Below are positions 51,860 to 64,000 of a stretch of 64,000 nt of DNA, piece after piece. The stretch comes from Camelus dromedarius. Taxonomy: Eukaryota. Within the stretch, counting starts at the first letter, position 1; each line of letters opens with the position of its first letter. A model generated the notes under the pieces. The model was not told the origin of the DNA and did not search any database. It saw nothing but the letters and a program-made list of their open reading frames with translations. The DNA is taken from contig NC_087437.1 of the NCBI RefSeq assembly GCF_036321535.1, positions 17,672,001-17,736,000 on the forward strand, read 5' to 3'. Made by a program: the position numbers and the translations under genes.

Positions 51860-54800
51860 ATTTAAAAATAGCTTTATGGAGGTTTAACTTATGTGCAATA
51901 AACTGCACATATTTAAAGTTTATAATTTGGTAAGTTAGACATATGTATATGCCCATAAAACCATCACCACAATTAAAATAATGAATAGATCCATTGCTCC
52001 CATAGGTTTTTTTCCTGCCTCTTTGTAATTCCTACATTTCACTCCTCTCCATCTCACCCCTCCCATCTCCAGTAAATCCCTGATCTTCTTTCTGGCCCTC
52101 TAGATTAATTGTATTATATAGAATTTTATATAAATGTAGTCACAGAGTGTTTACTCTTTTATTGTCTTGCTTCTTTCTCTTAGTAAGATTTTTCAATGTT
52201 GTTTCCTGTATTACCATTTCATTTCATTTTATTACTGAGTAGTATTTTATTGTATGGATATATTAGAATGTGTTCAGCCATTCACCTGTCAGTAGACATC
52301 TGGGTTGCTTCTAGTTTTTAGCTATTACAAATAAAGCCACTGTGAACATTTATATACAAATATTTGAATGGACACAAGCTCTTTATTTCTTTGTGTAGAT
52401 CCATATTTCCATCTGCTATCATTTTTTTCCTGTATAAAGAATATATATATATATTATATATATATATATATATTTTTTTTTTTGGTGATGCAGATCTGTT
52501 GGTAATCAATTCTTTCAGCTTTTTCTCAAAAAATCAAAATTTCCCCCCTTCCTCTTTCCAATACACTTTACTTCTGAAAGATATTTTGGCTGGGTACAGA
52601 ATTCTAGGTTGATTTTTTTTCTTTTTTATGATTTTTTAAAAAAATTGAAGTATAGTTGATTTACAATGTTGTGTTAGTTTCAGGTGTACAGCAAAGTGAT
52701 TCAGATATATATATATATACCCACACACACACACATATATATATTTCTTCAGATTCTTTTCCATTATAAGTCATTACAAGATATTGACTATAGTTTCCTG
52801 TGCTTTACAGTAGATCTTTGCTGTTTATACTGTATGTAAATATAGTAGTGTGTGTCTGCTAATCCCAAACTCCTAATTTGTCCTAAATTTTTCTTTAGTA
52901 CATTCAAGATTGATCCATTATCTTCTTGCCTTATTGTTTCCAAAAAGAAACCGCTGTGATCTTTGTCTATATTCCTCTGTACAGGTCTTTTGTCCTAGGG
53001 CTGTTTATGTGGTTTCTCTTTCTTACTGATTATTAGCAATTTGATTGTGAGGTGTACTTTTCCTCATGTTTCTTGTGCTTGGACTCATTGAGCTTTTGGA
53101 TCTGTGGGATTATGTTTTTCATTGAATCTGGAAATTTGGGGGGCATTTTATCTATATTTAAACATTTTCCCCTCGTCTCCCTCCCCTTTAGGGACTCCAG
53201 TGACATGTATAAATAGACTCTTGAATTTGTTATTCAGAACACGGCTGCCTGTTATAATTCTTTGTATTGCTGTTACTGTTATTATTTTTTCTCTTTATTC
53301 ATTTGGGTTAATTTCTGTTGCTAATTCTGGTATCTGTGACTGATCTGAACTAGTGCAGGTTGATTGACATTTCTCATCTGGCTTGTGTTTCCCTGCTTCT
53401 TTACATGCAGGCTAATTTTTGATCTGATGACAGACGTGTTTTTCCTTGTTGGGTGCTGGGTTCTTGAACTTTGTTCTGGGATTCAGTTAAGTTACATGGA
53501 AACAGCTTGATCCTTTTGGGTCTTGTTTTTAAAATTTGTTAGCTGGGATCAGAGCAATTAACCATATTTGTCTGGGCGTATTTCTGGACTCTTCACTATG
53601 TTCCATTGATCTGTGTGTCTATACCGTTGCCAGTCTGTATTATCTTGAGTTCTGTAGCTTTGTAGCAAATCTTCAAATTGGCTATTGTGAGTACTCCAAA
53701 TTTATTATTCTTTAAAAAATTGTTTTGGCTCTGCTAATTCCTTTGCCTTTCTATATACATTTTAGAATCTGTTTGTCTATCTCTACACAGACTGTAACTG
53801 AGATTCTGACTGGAGTTATGTTAAACCCATCAATCAATTTGGGGAAGCACTGGTATCTTTATTATTTGACTCTTCTAATCCATGAACATGTTATGACTCT
53901 CCATTTAGTTTGGTCTTTGATTCCTTCATCAGCACTGTCATCTTTTTCCTCTCCTACTGGGACCTGGATGACATGAATATTAGAGCTTTTGTTATTGTCC
54001 CGCTGGTGCTGAGGGTCTTCCTTTTCTCCAGTCTTTTTTCCTCTGTTTTCCTGATTGGATAATTTCTATGGAGCTATCTTCAAGTTTCATGATCATTTTC
54101 TCTGTCATCTCCATTCTGCTATTGAGCCTATCCATTCAGTTGTACATTTCAGTTATATTGTTTTTAAATTATAGAATTTTTATTTGGTTTTTCTTGATAT
54201 CTTATGTTTCTTTGCTGATACTTTCTCTTTTTCCATTTGTTTTAAGACTGTTCATGATTTTTTTTTTGAGCATTAGAGGAAAAAAGCTGTCTTAAGGACT
54301 TCATCAGATAATTCTAACATCTATACCATTTTGATGTTGGTGTCTTTTGTTGTCTTTTCTTATGTGAACTGATATTTTCCTTGTTTAGCATATGCTGAGT
54401 AATTTTGCATTGTATCCCAAATACTTTGATTATTTTGAGACTCCAAGTCTTGTTTAATCCTATGGAGAATGTTGATATTTTTGTTTTAGCAGGAAATTGA
54501 CCTGGTTAGGTGCAGGCTGCTAGTTTCAATTTATCTTCTGTGGGCTGTGATTCTAATATCTGTTAAATTTTTAGAGCCTTAGCAGTACTGTTTGGATCTG
54601 GCCCACATGTATGCCACCAGGTGGCCAATCTGGAAGCCAGGTGACGGTCCCTTTGTCTGGTTCTCAGCTTATTTGGCTTACCAAATAATTTTAAGATTTG
54701 ATCCACCCATGGTTAAATGCACTCAGGAGCTTGTAAACAACTTTATGCATTTATTTCCCATGCTCCTCCCTCTTTGCCATCTTCCTGGTACTTTTTTGTT

Positions 54801-55400
54801 TTCTGGGGCTCCCCTTTACAATCTCCCATCCAGAAAGCTGGAGCTTTAATTACTCTGCCTGCTGCCTGCCTCTGCTCATGTTCCTGTGTCCAAAAGTTAA
54901 GTGACAAGGGCAGGAAGAAGAGACGGAGAGAGAGAGAGAGAAAAGAGGAGAGATGGGAAGTTTGCTGCATCCTCTTGGGTACACAGCTCTATTGGTAGAA
55001 TAAAGTTACCCTCCCCTCACAGATTTGCCACCTGAAGGCTTCTGTTGCTGCTACCACTGTGGGCTTGCTTGGAGGCTCAAGAATGGAGCAAAGAAAAAGA
55101 AGATGGAGATTTCCACACTCTATTTGAGCATTGGGAGTTCTGTTTGCTACTTCTGGAGCCAGAACTAGCAAGCCACTCCTGGAACATTCTCTGTACCTGG
55201 CCACCAGCTTCTGGGTTTGGGCTGCACTGAGATCAGGTTGGGGGATGTGGGTGGGATACCACAGCTTCAGTGATACTTTGAATTCTGGTTTGCACACTAC
55301 TATTTAGTTTTCAGAGTTTTCTGTCCAGGTTTTAAAGCTGCATTCAGTGAGAAAGCAAGATAGAGTGTGCTTAGTTCACCTTACCCTGAACCAGAACCTT
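51860..55400 (-). mobile_element. Composite block of old L1 fragments (3' UTR, ORF1-side and ORF2 pieces) with a nested younger L1 3' end at ~52620-52885
   Basis: L1MB-like 3' end 51860-52375; 'gaaagatattttggctgggtacagaattctaggttga'; ORF2-derived 53560-53935 ('tatttctggactct...gttccattgatct...ttctaatccatgaacatg'); nested 'ttgaagtatagttgatttacaatgttgtgttagtttcaggtgtacagcaaagtgattcag'. Confidence 0.8.
52441..52472. repeat. (TA)n microsatellite
   Basis: Interrupted TA run; a compound (TA)n(CA)n(TA)n also lies at ~52705-52743. Confidence 0.9.
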
Positions 55401-55994
55401 CCACTCTATTTTTTTGTACTATCTGGTCCTTCATTTTTTTCTTTCTTTCTTTCTTCTTCTTTTTTTTTTTTTTTTTTGGTCTTCTTCTACATTCTAAAAT
55501 CGCCTCATAAGTTTTTCTTCTACATGAAGGATTTCTTACTTTAAAAGTAATTCTACTTTTTATTGCATCAAAGGAGATTTAATGCTATTAATTAATTTTT
55601 GGTCTCTTTTCAATAATTCCTCACCTCACCTATCTCCCTTTTGATCTCTTCCTGATTCACTTATACCTCATGGGTTTCTGTTCCTGTTCCATAGATGTTC
55701 AATCTTCTTGTATCCAATTAAGAATGCTGAACAATTTTCTAGGAATGTATTCTAGGTCCTACAGGAAATCATTTTCATAGTCTTCTCTTACTTTGGATCT
55801 TCAGCATGCTGCTTTTGTTTCTTTTTTATTATTCATTTTCCTCCTTTAATAAGTGGAGAGGGTTTCAAATCTAGAGTTGCCAATAAATATGATACACAAA
55901 TTCCAAATGGCCTTTGTCTCTACTTACCCTTCAGTCAAATTCTCTTCTTCAATCTTTTGTTAAAATTCCTAGTGCCCAGGGTTTTTATCCAGGG

Positions 55995-56145
55995 TAGGGC
56001 TGCCAGATTTAGCAAATCTAAATATCTTTCACCCACTTCAATTTGCATTTTAGAAGTATAAGACTTACCTCTATTTAAAATTAGTCATTTGTTTATCTGA
56101 AATTCAAATTGAACAGGATGACCTGTATTTTATTTGACAACCATA
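55995..56145. mobile_element. MER53-like hAT element
   Basis: TIR-like ends 'tagggctgccagatttagcaaat' and 'tgtattttatttgacaaccata'; internal 'ttgtttatctgaaattcaaatt'. Confidence 0.7.
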
Positions 56146-56864
56146 ATCCAGAGTGATTGGACTAGAATGAAATAGACTCTTCTCCCTTTTCTTCTATTTA
56201 CCTTCCGAACAGGGGGATCAGGGAGAGTCCACGACACATCACCATCTCCAGGATGCATTGCCACTCACCTTTGTGTCTCTTTCTTCTCTGCAAGAGAGAA
56301 AAATCTCTATGGTATTGTTTCTGAGCAGTCACAGGTGGTCCAGTTTATACTAATGAAGAAGTAAGTGTCAGGCTCCATTCATATTGGCCACACTTACATT
56401 TTTATGGCCTCGATGCCATTCTTAAAAGACCCTACTTTAAAATGGAAGATTAGGCAAAAATCAGAGCCAAGTCCCACGCTAAGTTTGGAAAGCACGGTCT
56501 CTGGTACTAGACTAGAGAGGGATCAGTGTAAAGACAGAGAAATAATTGGCTGTTTGGTAAACTGTGGAAATAGAGAAGATTTAGATTGTGGATTATCGTC
56601 AATGAAATTTCCAAGCAGTTTCGGAGGGGTAGGATGGGGGTAGCTTCCCACAAAGGAAACAAATTAGCAAATGAAGATGCAAATCATTATATGGTCCAGA
56701 GATTTTGGTACAGGCTCCGAGAGCCCAGGGGAAATAGGCTTTGTGTGCTTGGGAGCCGGGGCACAGAGTGTGGCTGGCTTATTTAGGTTTGGGGAAATCG
56801 GAGTTGAACTTTAGAGAATGGAAAATATCTTGTATTTGAACTAGTGTTTAAGGCTGTGTCAGCA

Positions 56865-57700
56865 CCTCTGACAAACAAAGGGTTAATAGCTTTAATCTAT
56901 AAGGAACACCTACCAATCAATAAGGAAAAGATAGTAACTGAAATATGGACAAAGGACATGAATAAATGACAAAAGGAGAAATAGAAGTGGATAGTAAATG
57001 TATAAAAAATGTCTAACCCCATCAGTATTCAGTGATAAGCAAATAAAAACAAGATACAATTTTCTGCCTATTCAATTGGGAAATACTTTTAAAGTGGTTG
57101 AAATGGAAATATACAATATTGGCGAGAATGCAGAAGATGGGCACCCTTACACACTGCTTTTGGGAGAGCAAATTGATTCCATATTTCTGAATATATGTTT
57201 AGAAATACACACCAGAAACTTTAAAATGGTTGTGAACTTTTGATGAGATAATAATACCCTTGGGAATTTATCTTTAGGAAATAATTACAGATGCACACAA
57301 AAATCTATATACAAGGTTATTTGTTGCAGTATAATTCACAATATAAACAACAACACACAAAAAAGAACCTAAATGTTCTATAGAGCAGAGATGGAATGGG
57401 GCATGCAGACAGTGGCTGCTAGGGAACCATTAGAAGTTATACTGTCGGAGATTACTTAATCACATAAGAAAGTGCTAAATATTCACTGTAAGGACAGACA
57501 TGTGGGTACAAACATTAAAATGCAGTACACATACTGCAGATCTAATTCTGTGAACTAAATCTTTAACTGTCTAGAAATATACTTGAAAGAAATGAATTCC
57601 AATACGTTAACCCTGGATAACTCTGAGTGGTAGGATTATGAATGATTTAAATGTTCATGTAATATATTTATATAGACACATTTGTAAACATTTATATATT
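56865..57700 (+). mobile_element. L1ME-like ORF2 end and 3' UTR
   Basis: 'aaagggttaatagc...tataaggaacacctaccaatcaataagg...tggacaaaggacatgaat...gcaaataaaaacaagataca...ttgggaatttatc'. Confidence 0.75.
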
Positions 57701-57803
57701 GACCTGTATTAGTTTTCCATTCTTAAGTTAATATTTGATTTTTTCAACTTGTCACTAAGGTGTTGTGTATACATGGTTCAACAGCATTTTTTGTCTCTGG
57801 GAG

Positions 57804-57904
57804 GTTTTTTTCCTTTTCTTTTTTTATGGAGGTACTGGAGATTGAACCCAGGACCTCACACATTCTTAGCATGTGCTCCACCACTGAGCTATACCCAGTC
57901 CCCC
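57804..57904 (-). mobile_element. Camelid tRNA-derived SINE (Vic-1 type)
   Basis: 'atggaggtactggagattgaacccaggacctc...tagcatgtgctccaccactgagctataccc'. TSD tgtctctgggag (57792-57803) / tgtctttgggag (57905-57916). Confidence 0.92.
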
Positions 57905-60539
57905 TGTCTTTGGGAGTTTTGAAGCTGCTGATTAGAGCCAGCTAAGAAATTACTTAATATAATGTGTATATTCTATGAATTCCAACTCAACCTCCAAGTT
58001 CAAGTAGAACCCTATCTTTGTGAAGGTACTGTCCAAGTTCTTGTCTCCTCTGTGCTATCCTTGGGTCAGTCTGCTCCGCATGGCTCTGAGCACTTTGTGT
58101 CGGGAAACTTAACTGCTTTATCCTTGAATTCAGTGTCCTAACTCCATTGATGACATACAGCAGGTGCCCAAACAATGCTGACTGGATGGTTAATGAGTGA
58201 ATAAATGAATATGGAGGAATAACTCTCATTAGATGGTGTCTCAGCAAATGAAAATGTAACACCCTTAAAGGAAAGGTGGTAACTCAACTACACTGAGTCA
58301 ACAGTGTGATTAAAGAGACACTAGACATTGGAATCATTTGGATTTGGGACTAAATGCATGCTTTATTACTTCATTGCTGTGTGATGTTGGGAAAGTCACA
58401 ACTTATCTGAGCTTAAGTTTCCTGATCTGTACGATGTAGCTTCTTTCACAAAGAATGCATACGGAAGACTTTGTACAGTTCCTGGTATGCAGTTCCTAGT
58501 CAATTAATAGTCACTGATAATGATAATCATCATAAACGTTATCATCACTGATCAAATAATTTGCCAAGTAAATTGCCTTGATCAATTGGTTTAACGGGTT
58601 TTCTCCTTAAAATGATTTTTTTTCCAAATCACCTAATTTGATTTGGATATATCCAACCCAAAGAGACATCAAAGAGAACCACCTCTCACTACCCCCTCCT
58701 TTGCTTCTTTCTTCTAGAAAATTCTCCATTTCTAAATTGTTGAGCCTTAAATCTGACTTACATAATTGACCGGATATCTTGACCTCATATCCTACTTTAC
58801 ACTAGTTTTACTTTCAAAGCAGCTCAAAGTGCATGGATGAAGCCCACCGTATGCCCCACGTTTCTTCCTCTTTGGTTTTAGCACCAGAACCTGGTGGACA
58901 GTGCCTCACCCCACTGCCTGGGTTTGTGTTTGGCACATTTGGGAAAGAGGGCAGACCCCCAACTCCCTGGCTGGGATGTGATGACTTGAGTCTCCCCCTG
59001 CAGGAGGTTCACCAGCTGCTTTTAAGGAGACACTTGGGTTGAGATTTGGAGAACTTGACCCTGAATTTTGGTCTCCTGTGGACGTAGTCTCAGAGAAATG
59101 GAAAGCTGAGGGGTGTGAGTCTGGCAGGGCCCAGTCTTTCTCTGAGACATTTCTCTCCTTTGTTTGAATTTCAAGGTTACGAGAGTCAGAATTCAAGGAT
59201 AACTATGAAAGATCAGCTGGTCAATGTGTTCACAAGTGAAAGAAAAAGAAAGCCAAATGAATGTTAAAACCTTTTTTTGAAGCAGAACAGAAACAGTGCT
59301 TTTGATCCTTTATCACAGAACAACAAAACATTGGCATGAACTACACGCATCCGGGTGTCCCTGTACCCCTTGCGGTGCACACGTGTGTCCGTCTGCCCAC
59401 ACGCAGGCATGCGTGGTCGGGTTCACACATGCTTCCTTTCCTCTAAAAGCTGTAGCTTCCCCCCCTATAGATTTCTTTCTTTTCATTTCTTTCTTTTCTT
59501 TTTTCTTCTTCTCTCTCTTTTTTTTTTTTTTTTTGATATTTCAAAGCTCGCAGTTCAGGAAATGGCTGGACCTGCCACATCTCTGTTCTTGCTAAAGAAA
59601 TCAATGCTAATCCTATTACTGGCAGTTATCACCTATCCCAGAACTCACAGCTAAAAGAAAAAAACACACTGAGATGTCAAAGTAAGAAAAAAATAAAGAG
59701 CTGGGGAGGAGGGGGTCGCCCTTCATTTCCTTTCAAATAGTGATTGTTTTCTCTCCTCTTTTTGATCATCTTTTTTTTTTTTCTCCTGTTAGCAGAGAAA
59801 CCAAACTACAAAACACCTGTGCTCACACAGCATTACGGGGTCTGATTGAAAACAACATGAGTCAGAGTATGGGCTTTAATTTAGATTTGTCTTTCTCCAG
59901 TATGCCTTGACAAAGCACTGATAAAGAATATTCATCCTGGTCCTCAGTTTTATTAATAAGAGAAATAATGATGCATACCATTGAATGGTCCCTGCAGGCA
60001 CTATGCTAGGTGTTTTTTGCAAATCATCTTATGAAATACAGCTCGCCTCTGATAAGCATTCCCATTTTAGAGATTTAGAGACGAAAACATGAGATTTCCT
60101 CATTTGAGCTGAGTGCCCAAGGTAAGAAGGGGCGGAGTCTGGTTTTGCACCTGGATGGCCACCGTATGGTACCCACACTCTTCCCTCTGTCCTCCGCCTC
60201 TTGCCTTCCCCAGCCTGTGAAGTGACAGGGGCACATTTAAAATTGGGAATTTGCTATTTCTGAGCTTTCAGGAAGTTTTTTCAGAAAGTCAAACAAATCT
60301 GATACCCTTGGTTTCCTCCCTCCTTACAGTCATGGCCATTTTCACATAAGCATCTCTCATTCTTCCGTCTGATTTGGCTGCATAATCAGATGGACACAGC
60401 TACGTGTGCTAGGGAATCTTTGCAAAATAACAGACGGTAGCTGATTCAACTGGATTAGCAGGCAGCAGCATGCTTAAATGGACAACCTACCCATGCTCCT
60501 GGCCTGAGGATAACACTTTGAGTAGTGAACTTAGAGGTG

Positions 60540-60682
60540 AGCAGTGTGGATATTACCTAGGAGCTTATTCAAAATGTAGAATTCCAGGCTCCTCCCACCC
60601 CCAAGAGCTACTGAATCAAAACTAGCATTTTAACAAGATCCCCAGGGGATTTGTATGTATGGTCTAGTTTGAGGAGCACTAG
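60540..60682. mobile_element. MER5A-like MITE
   Basis: 'attacctaggagcttatt...aatgtagaattccaggc...ctactgaatcaaaact...ttttaacaagatccccaggggatt...agtttgaggagcact'. Confidence 0.75.
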
Positions 60683-62813
60683 ATACTTCTGACCTGCTGA
60701 AGAAAACCTGATTTTAGGATTCTCTCTTTTCCTCTGTAAGTCCTGCACCCAGCCTAATTAATGCATGGCACACGATGAGAGCTCAAAAAAGTCCAATGAA
60801 TGAATGAGCAAGTGAATCACCTACTTTGCCATTTGATGCGGAAGGAGACTTACGGGGGCTACTTGCACTCTGACAATTGTTGGTTGATACAGTTGGTCTA
60901 AGAGTGACTGAAGAAGCGAACGCACTTCATTCCATCACCAGGCAGACTTTCAGGCTCTTTGCTACTTGGTCTGCTTCTGGTGTCCCTGAGATACCCGTTG
61001 CTTCAACCGTCCATGAATCAGTCCATTGATGTGTATTGAGTTGCTGGGAGCTATACTGAGCATGTGACCACATGAGAAGGCAGGAATATTTTATGACATA
61101 TGGGGACAATAGCATTTACTTCTCTAGGGCTGAGGATGGAAAGTAACTTGTTTCCTGGATTGTTAAATGTCTTGTGCCAATAGGAAGGATTGTTCTGGGC
61201 TAAGTTCCTGTTCCCCATGGACTTTTTTCCCAAGATAAGAATGATAATTATAATAAAATATTCACAATATACATTATTCAATAATTATAATAAAAGTTTC
61301 CAGGAACTATATTGAATATTTTACATGAATTATCCACTTCAGTCCTAATACACCATATCTCTATTTTGCATATGGAGATGTCAACACCTAGGGAAAGAGT
61401 AACTGGCAAAACTAGAGTCGTAATCCAGGTTTTTCTGATTCTGAACCTCATGTTCCTAATCACTGCCTAATTTTGGTGTTATTAAAAGTGTAATATATTT
61501 CATATTATTCTTGATTTCTCTTATAGCAGGTGTAAAATATTACAGTATAACAGGGACAAAAATGATGACTGTATTGGTTCTTGCAATCTCCCCTTCTGCC
61601 TTTGCTTCCAAAAAGAAAGGTTTTTGTGTTTGTTTGTTTTTTTTTGGTACAGGATCCAGGTAAAAAAATAAAGCAGAGGAATCTTTTAAATGAAAGAAGC
61701 CAGAGCAGCTAGAGGAAATGTATAAGCTGAAAGAAATGGTAATCAGGAAGAGGAGAGAGAGAGACACTGATCACATGACATCAGCAAGCATTTCTGAAAG
61801 CTGGATGTTGAGGATGGGAAAGAGAAAGTTTTGAGAACAAGGTATGTTCTGTGTGAAGGACACTGAAGAAGGCAGTCCTGGGGAAAGAAGTTTTAAGATT
61901 TTCCGCTTTAAATAAATTGCTCATCTTCCTTTGACATTTTTTGAGAACCCTGGTCAAATTTAAAATAGTTTATATAGTACAAAGAATAAACCACATGGGA
62001 CTATGGGATTTATTCAGATTATATTGCTAATTATTTATTACAGATTTGCTTTCCCTGATTTAGCTTGTTTAATATTTAAGTATGTCCTATAGGTGAGGCC
62101 TTGGTGGCTTCTGCTGGGAGTGCTAAAATATTTTGTTCTCTTTTACATTGTATTTGTCTTCTGCAAATACATCTAATTTTTTTTTATATATTATAAAATT
62201 GTCTTAAAAGTTTAAGTGCCAGAAAACAAAAATTGCCCAATGGGACTGTTTCCTTCCGCTTCTTCTGCCCCAGCTGTACTGATTTTAGATGTTCACTATC
62301 TCACCCGTCACTCAATGGAGAGAACTTTGTGCTGGGAGTCAGGGGCGGGGGAAAATAAGGCACAGCGCACAAGGCCAGTCATTATCACACTTCCTCATGC
62401 AATCTGGAATTGCTGCCTTACTCAGTTCTCTTAATTTTAAAAACCAAATAAGAAAGAATTTATCATACCAGTGTTAAATGCATATGATTGCCTCCATGGG
62501 GAAGATCGAATTCTCAGGACAGAGAGGGAGGAAATGCTGTTAAGTGTGACAAGCCCAAAGGCCATGCTGATCACCTCGATGCATTTGATTTAATCCTGGG
62601 TGTTGGGGGACTTAGGAAGCTCAGCTTCAGCTCGTGGGCCAAGCTCTCCCAACAGCTCATGAAATGCTAATATAGTCAGCAACCTTGTGTGATCGCATCT
62701 CCCTCCGTCAAGAGCAAGAGCGCAGACAAGACCCAGGCTATTGTATCTGCATCATCCCAACAGCGGCTGGGATTGACGTGGTTTCAGAATTGCTAACCTG
62801 GATCATTCCTTTA

Positions 62814-62856
62814 CCCACCACCACCACCACCACCACCAAAACCAAAACCAAAACCA
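62814..62856. repeat. (CCA)n followed by (CAAAAC)n simple repeat
   Basis: Read directly from the sequence. Confidence 0.9.
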
Positions 62857-63179
62857 ATATTTCTTGAAGATGAGCTACTGCTCAGTGCCCCCTCCTCCTT
62901 ATTCCTTACTTCACTATCAAAACAGCTTCCTAACTAGTTTCTCTGTCTTCAATCTTCTGCTGCCTCATTTTCTCCAAGTCAACCTTCTATATTAATATCA
63001 GAGTGAAAATAACATGAAAACAATAACAACAGATTCTATGTGTGATTCTTTTGCTTTACAGCTTCTATGGCTTCCTGTTGCCTGCAGGATAGAATTCTTC
63101 GAATGGCATGGGTGGGCCTTCATATTCTGGCCCCATCCAATTTCTTTTCTGTTCAACAACAACAACAACAAACTGTTGG

Positions 63180-63370
63180 CAGTGTTTTCCTATAGGCGCT
63201 GAGTAGCCTGATAAATTGTCAAATAAGGGAGTGACATGATCAGACACTAGGTTTAGAAGCCTCCCTCTGATAGACAGAGTAGAAGATAGATTGGAGAAGG
63301 CAAACTAGAGACAGAGAGTTAGGAAAGTTAAGGAGAAACTAATAAAATAGTCTAGTTGAGAGAGACCCAG
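63180..63370 (-). mobile_element. L2 fragment
   Basis: 'gggagtgacatgatcagac...tttagaag...gatagattggag...ggcaaactagagacagagag'. Confidence 0.55.
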
Positions 63371-64000
63371 GACTCCCTTTTCCATAGCTGGAAAACCTAC
63401 AGAAAAATCAGGCTCATGAAATCTGAGATACCCGTATACTTTTTCTCAGTTGGACACTATGCACACTAAGCCATGAATGTCTCCATCCTTTGCAAAAGTT
63501 AAGTCTGAACCAGCTTCATATAAAAATTTAGGCCCTTTTCAACAATGCAATATGGCAAAAGACAGAGTACCAAAACAAGGAATGACAGGAGAAATTGCTT
63601 CCCTAGCGTGACCTTCATCTTTGAAACTGGAAAAGCCCCTCTTACCTTTTCTTGTGAGAAATTATAGTACTTCGGGCACAAGTATCAGACGATGCACATT
63701 TATTAAATACCTTGATTCCAGTGGCAAAACTTGTTTCCCCTATCTAAGCGCTAGGCCAGGTAAATAACAAAATTACATAATCTTCCTCATCAACCGTGGG
63801 AGGCTGATGAGACAAAGTATTTTAAAGCAAAAGGTATTTGAGTTTATCCCCAGGCAGCTCTGTTTAATAGATAGTGACACTGACAATTCCCATTTGGGAA
63901 AACAGGAAGGAAGAGATTGTAACCAGAAAAACTTGATTTTATACTCCAGTCCTTAATTCCAGTGGGTTTCTGGTTTGATCAACAGGATCAATGCCATTAC

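Noticed and set aside
1..64000. CRISPR arrays, operons, defence or other novel prokaryote-type systems
   Set aside because: The sequence is mammalian, with no regularly spaced repeats and no gene-dense organisation.

Overview
Mammalian nuclear DNA, almost certainly camelid (camel/alpaca/llama): it carries five copies of the camelid tRNA-derived SINE (Vic-1 type) and cetartiodactyl-style L1 3' ends. I find no credible protein-coding exon, tRNA/rRNA gene, CRISPR array or prokaryotic system. The ORF track is chance ORFs and degraded repeats. The window reads as intergenic or deep-intronic sequence made of old interspersed repeats (MIR, L2, L3, L1M, MLT1/LTR16, MER5A/MER53/MER63/Tigger). Between them lie several repeat-free islands that look like conserved developmental enhancers; the strongest is at ~29.1-30.2 kb, with a CpG-rich head and a TGACA/TAAT-dense core. 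The most concrete unusual observations are mutational scars: a near-perfect 255-bp templated insertion copied from 1.6 kb downstream with TTTGAG microhomology, and a SINE whose middle was replaced by short inverted copies of both neighbours. I did not find evidence of a new biological system. Repeat subfamily names come from my recollection of consensus sequences, boundaries are approximate, and the host locus is not identified.
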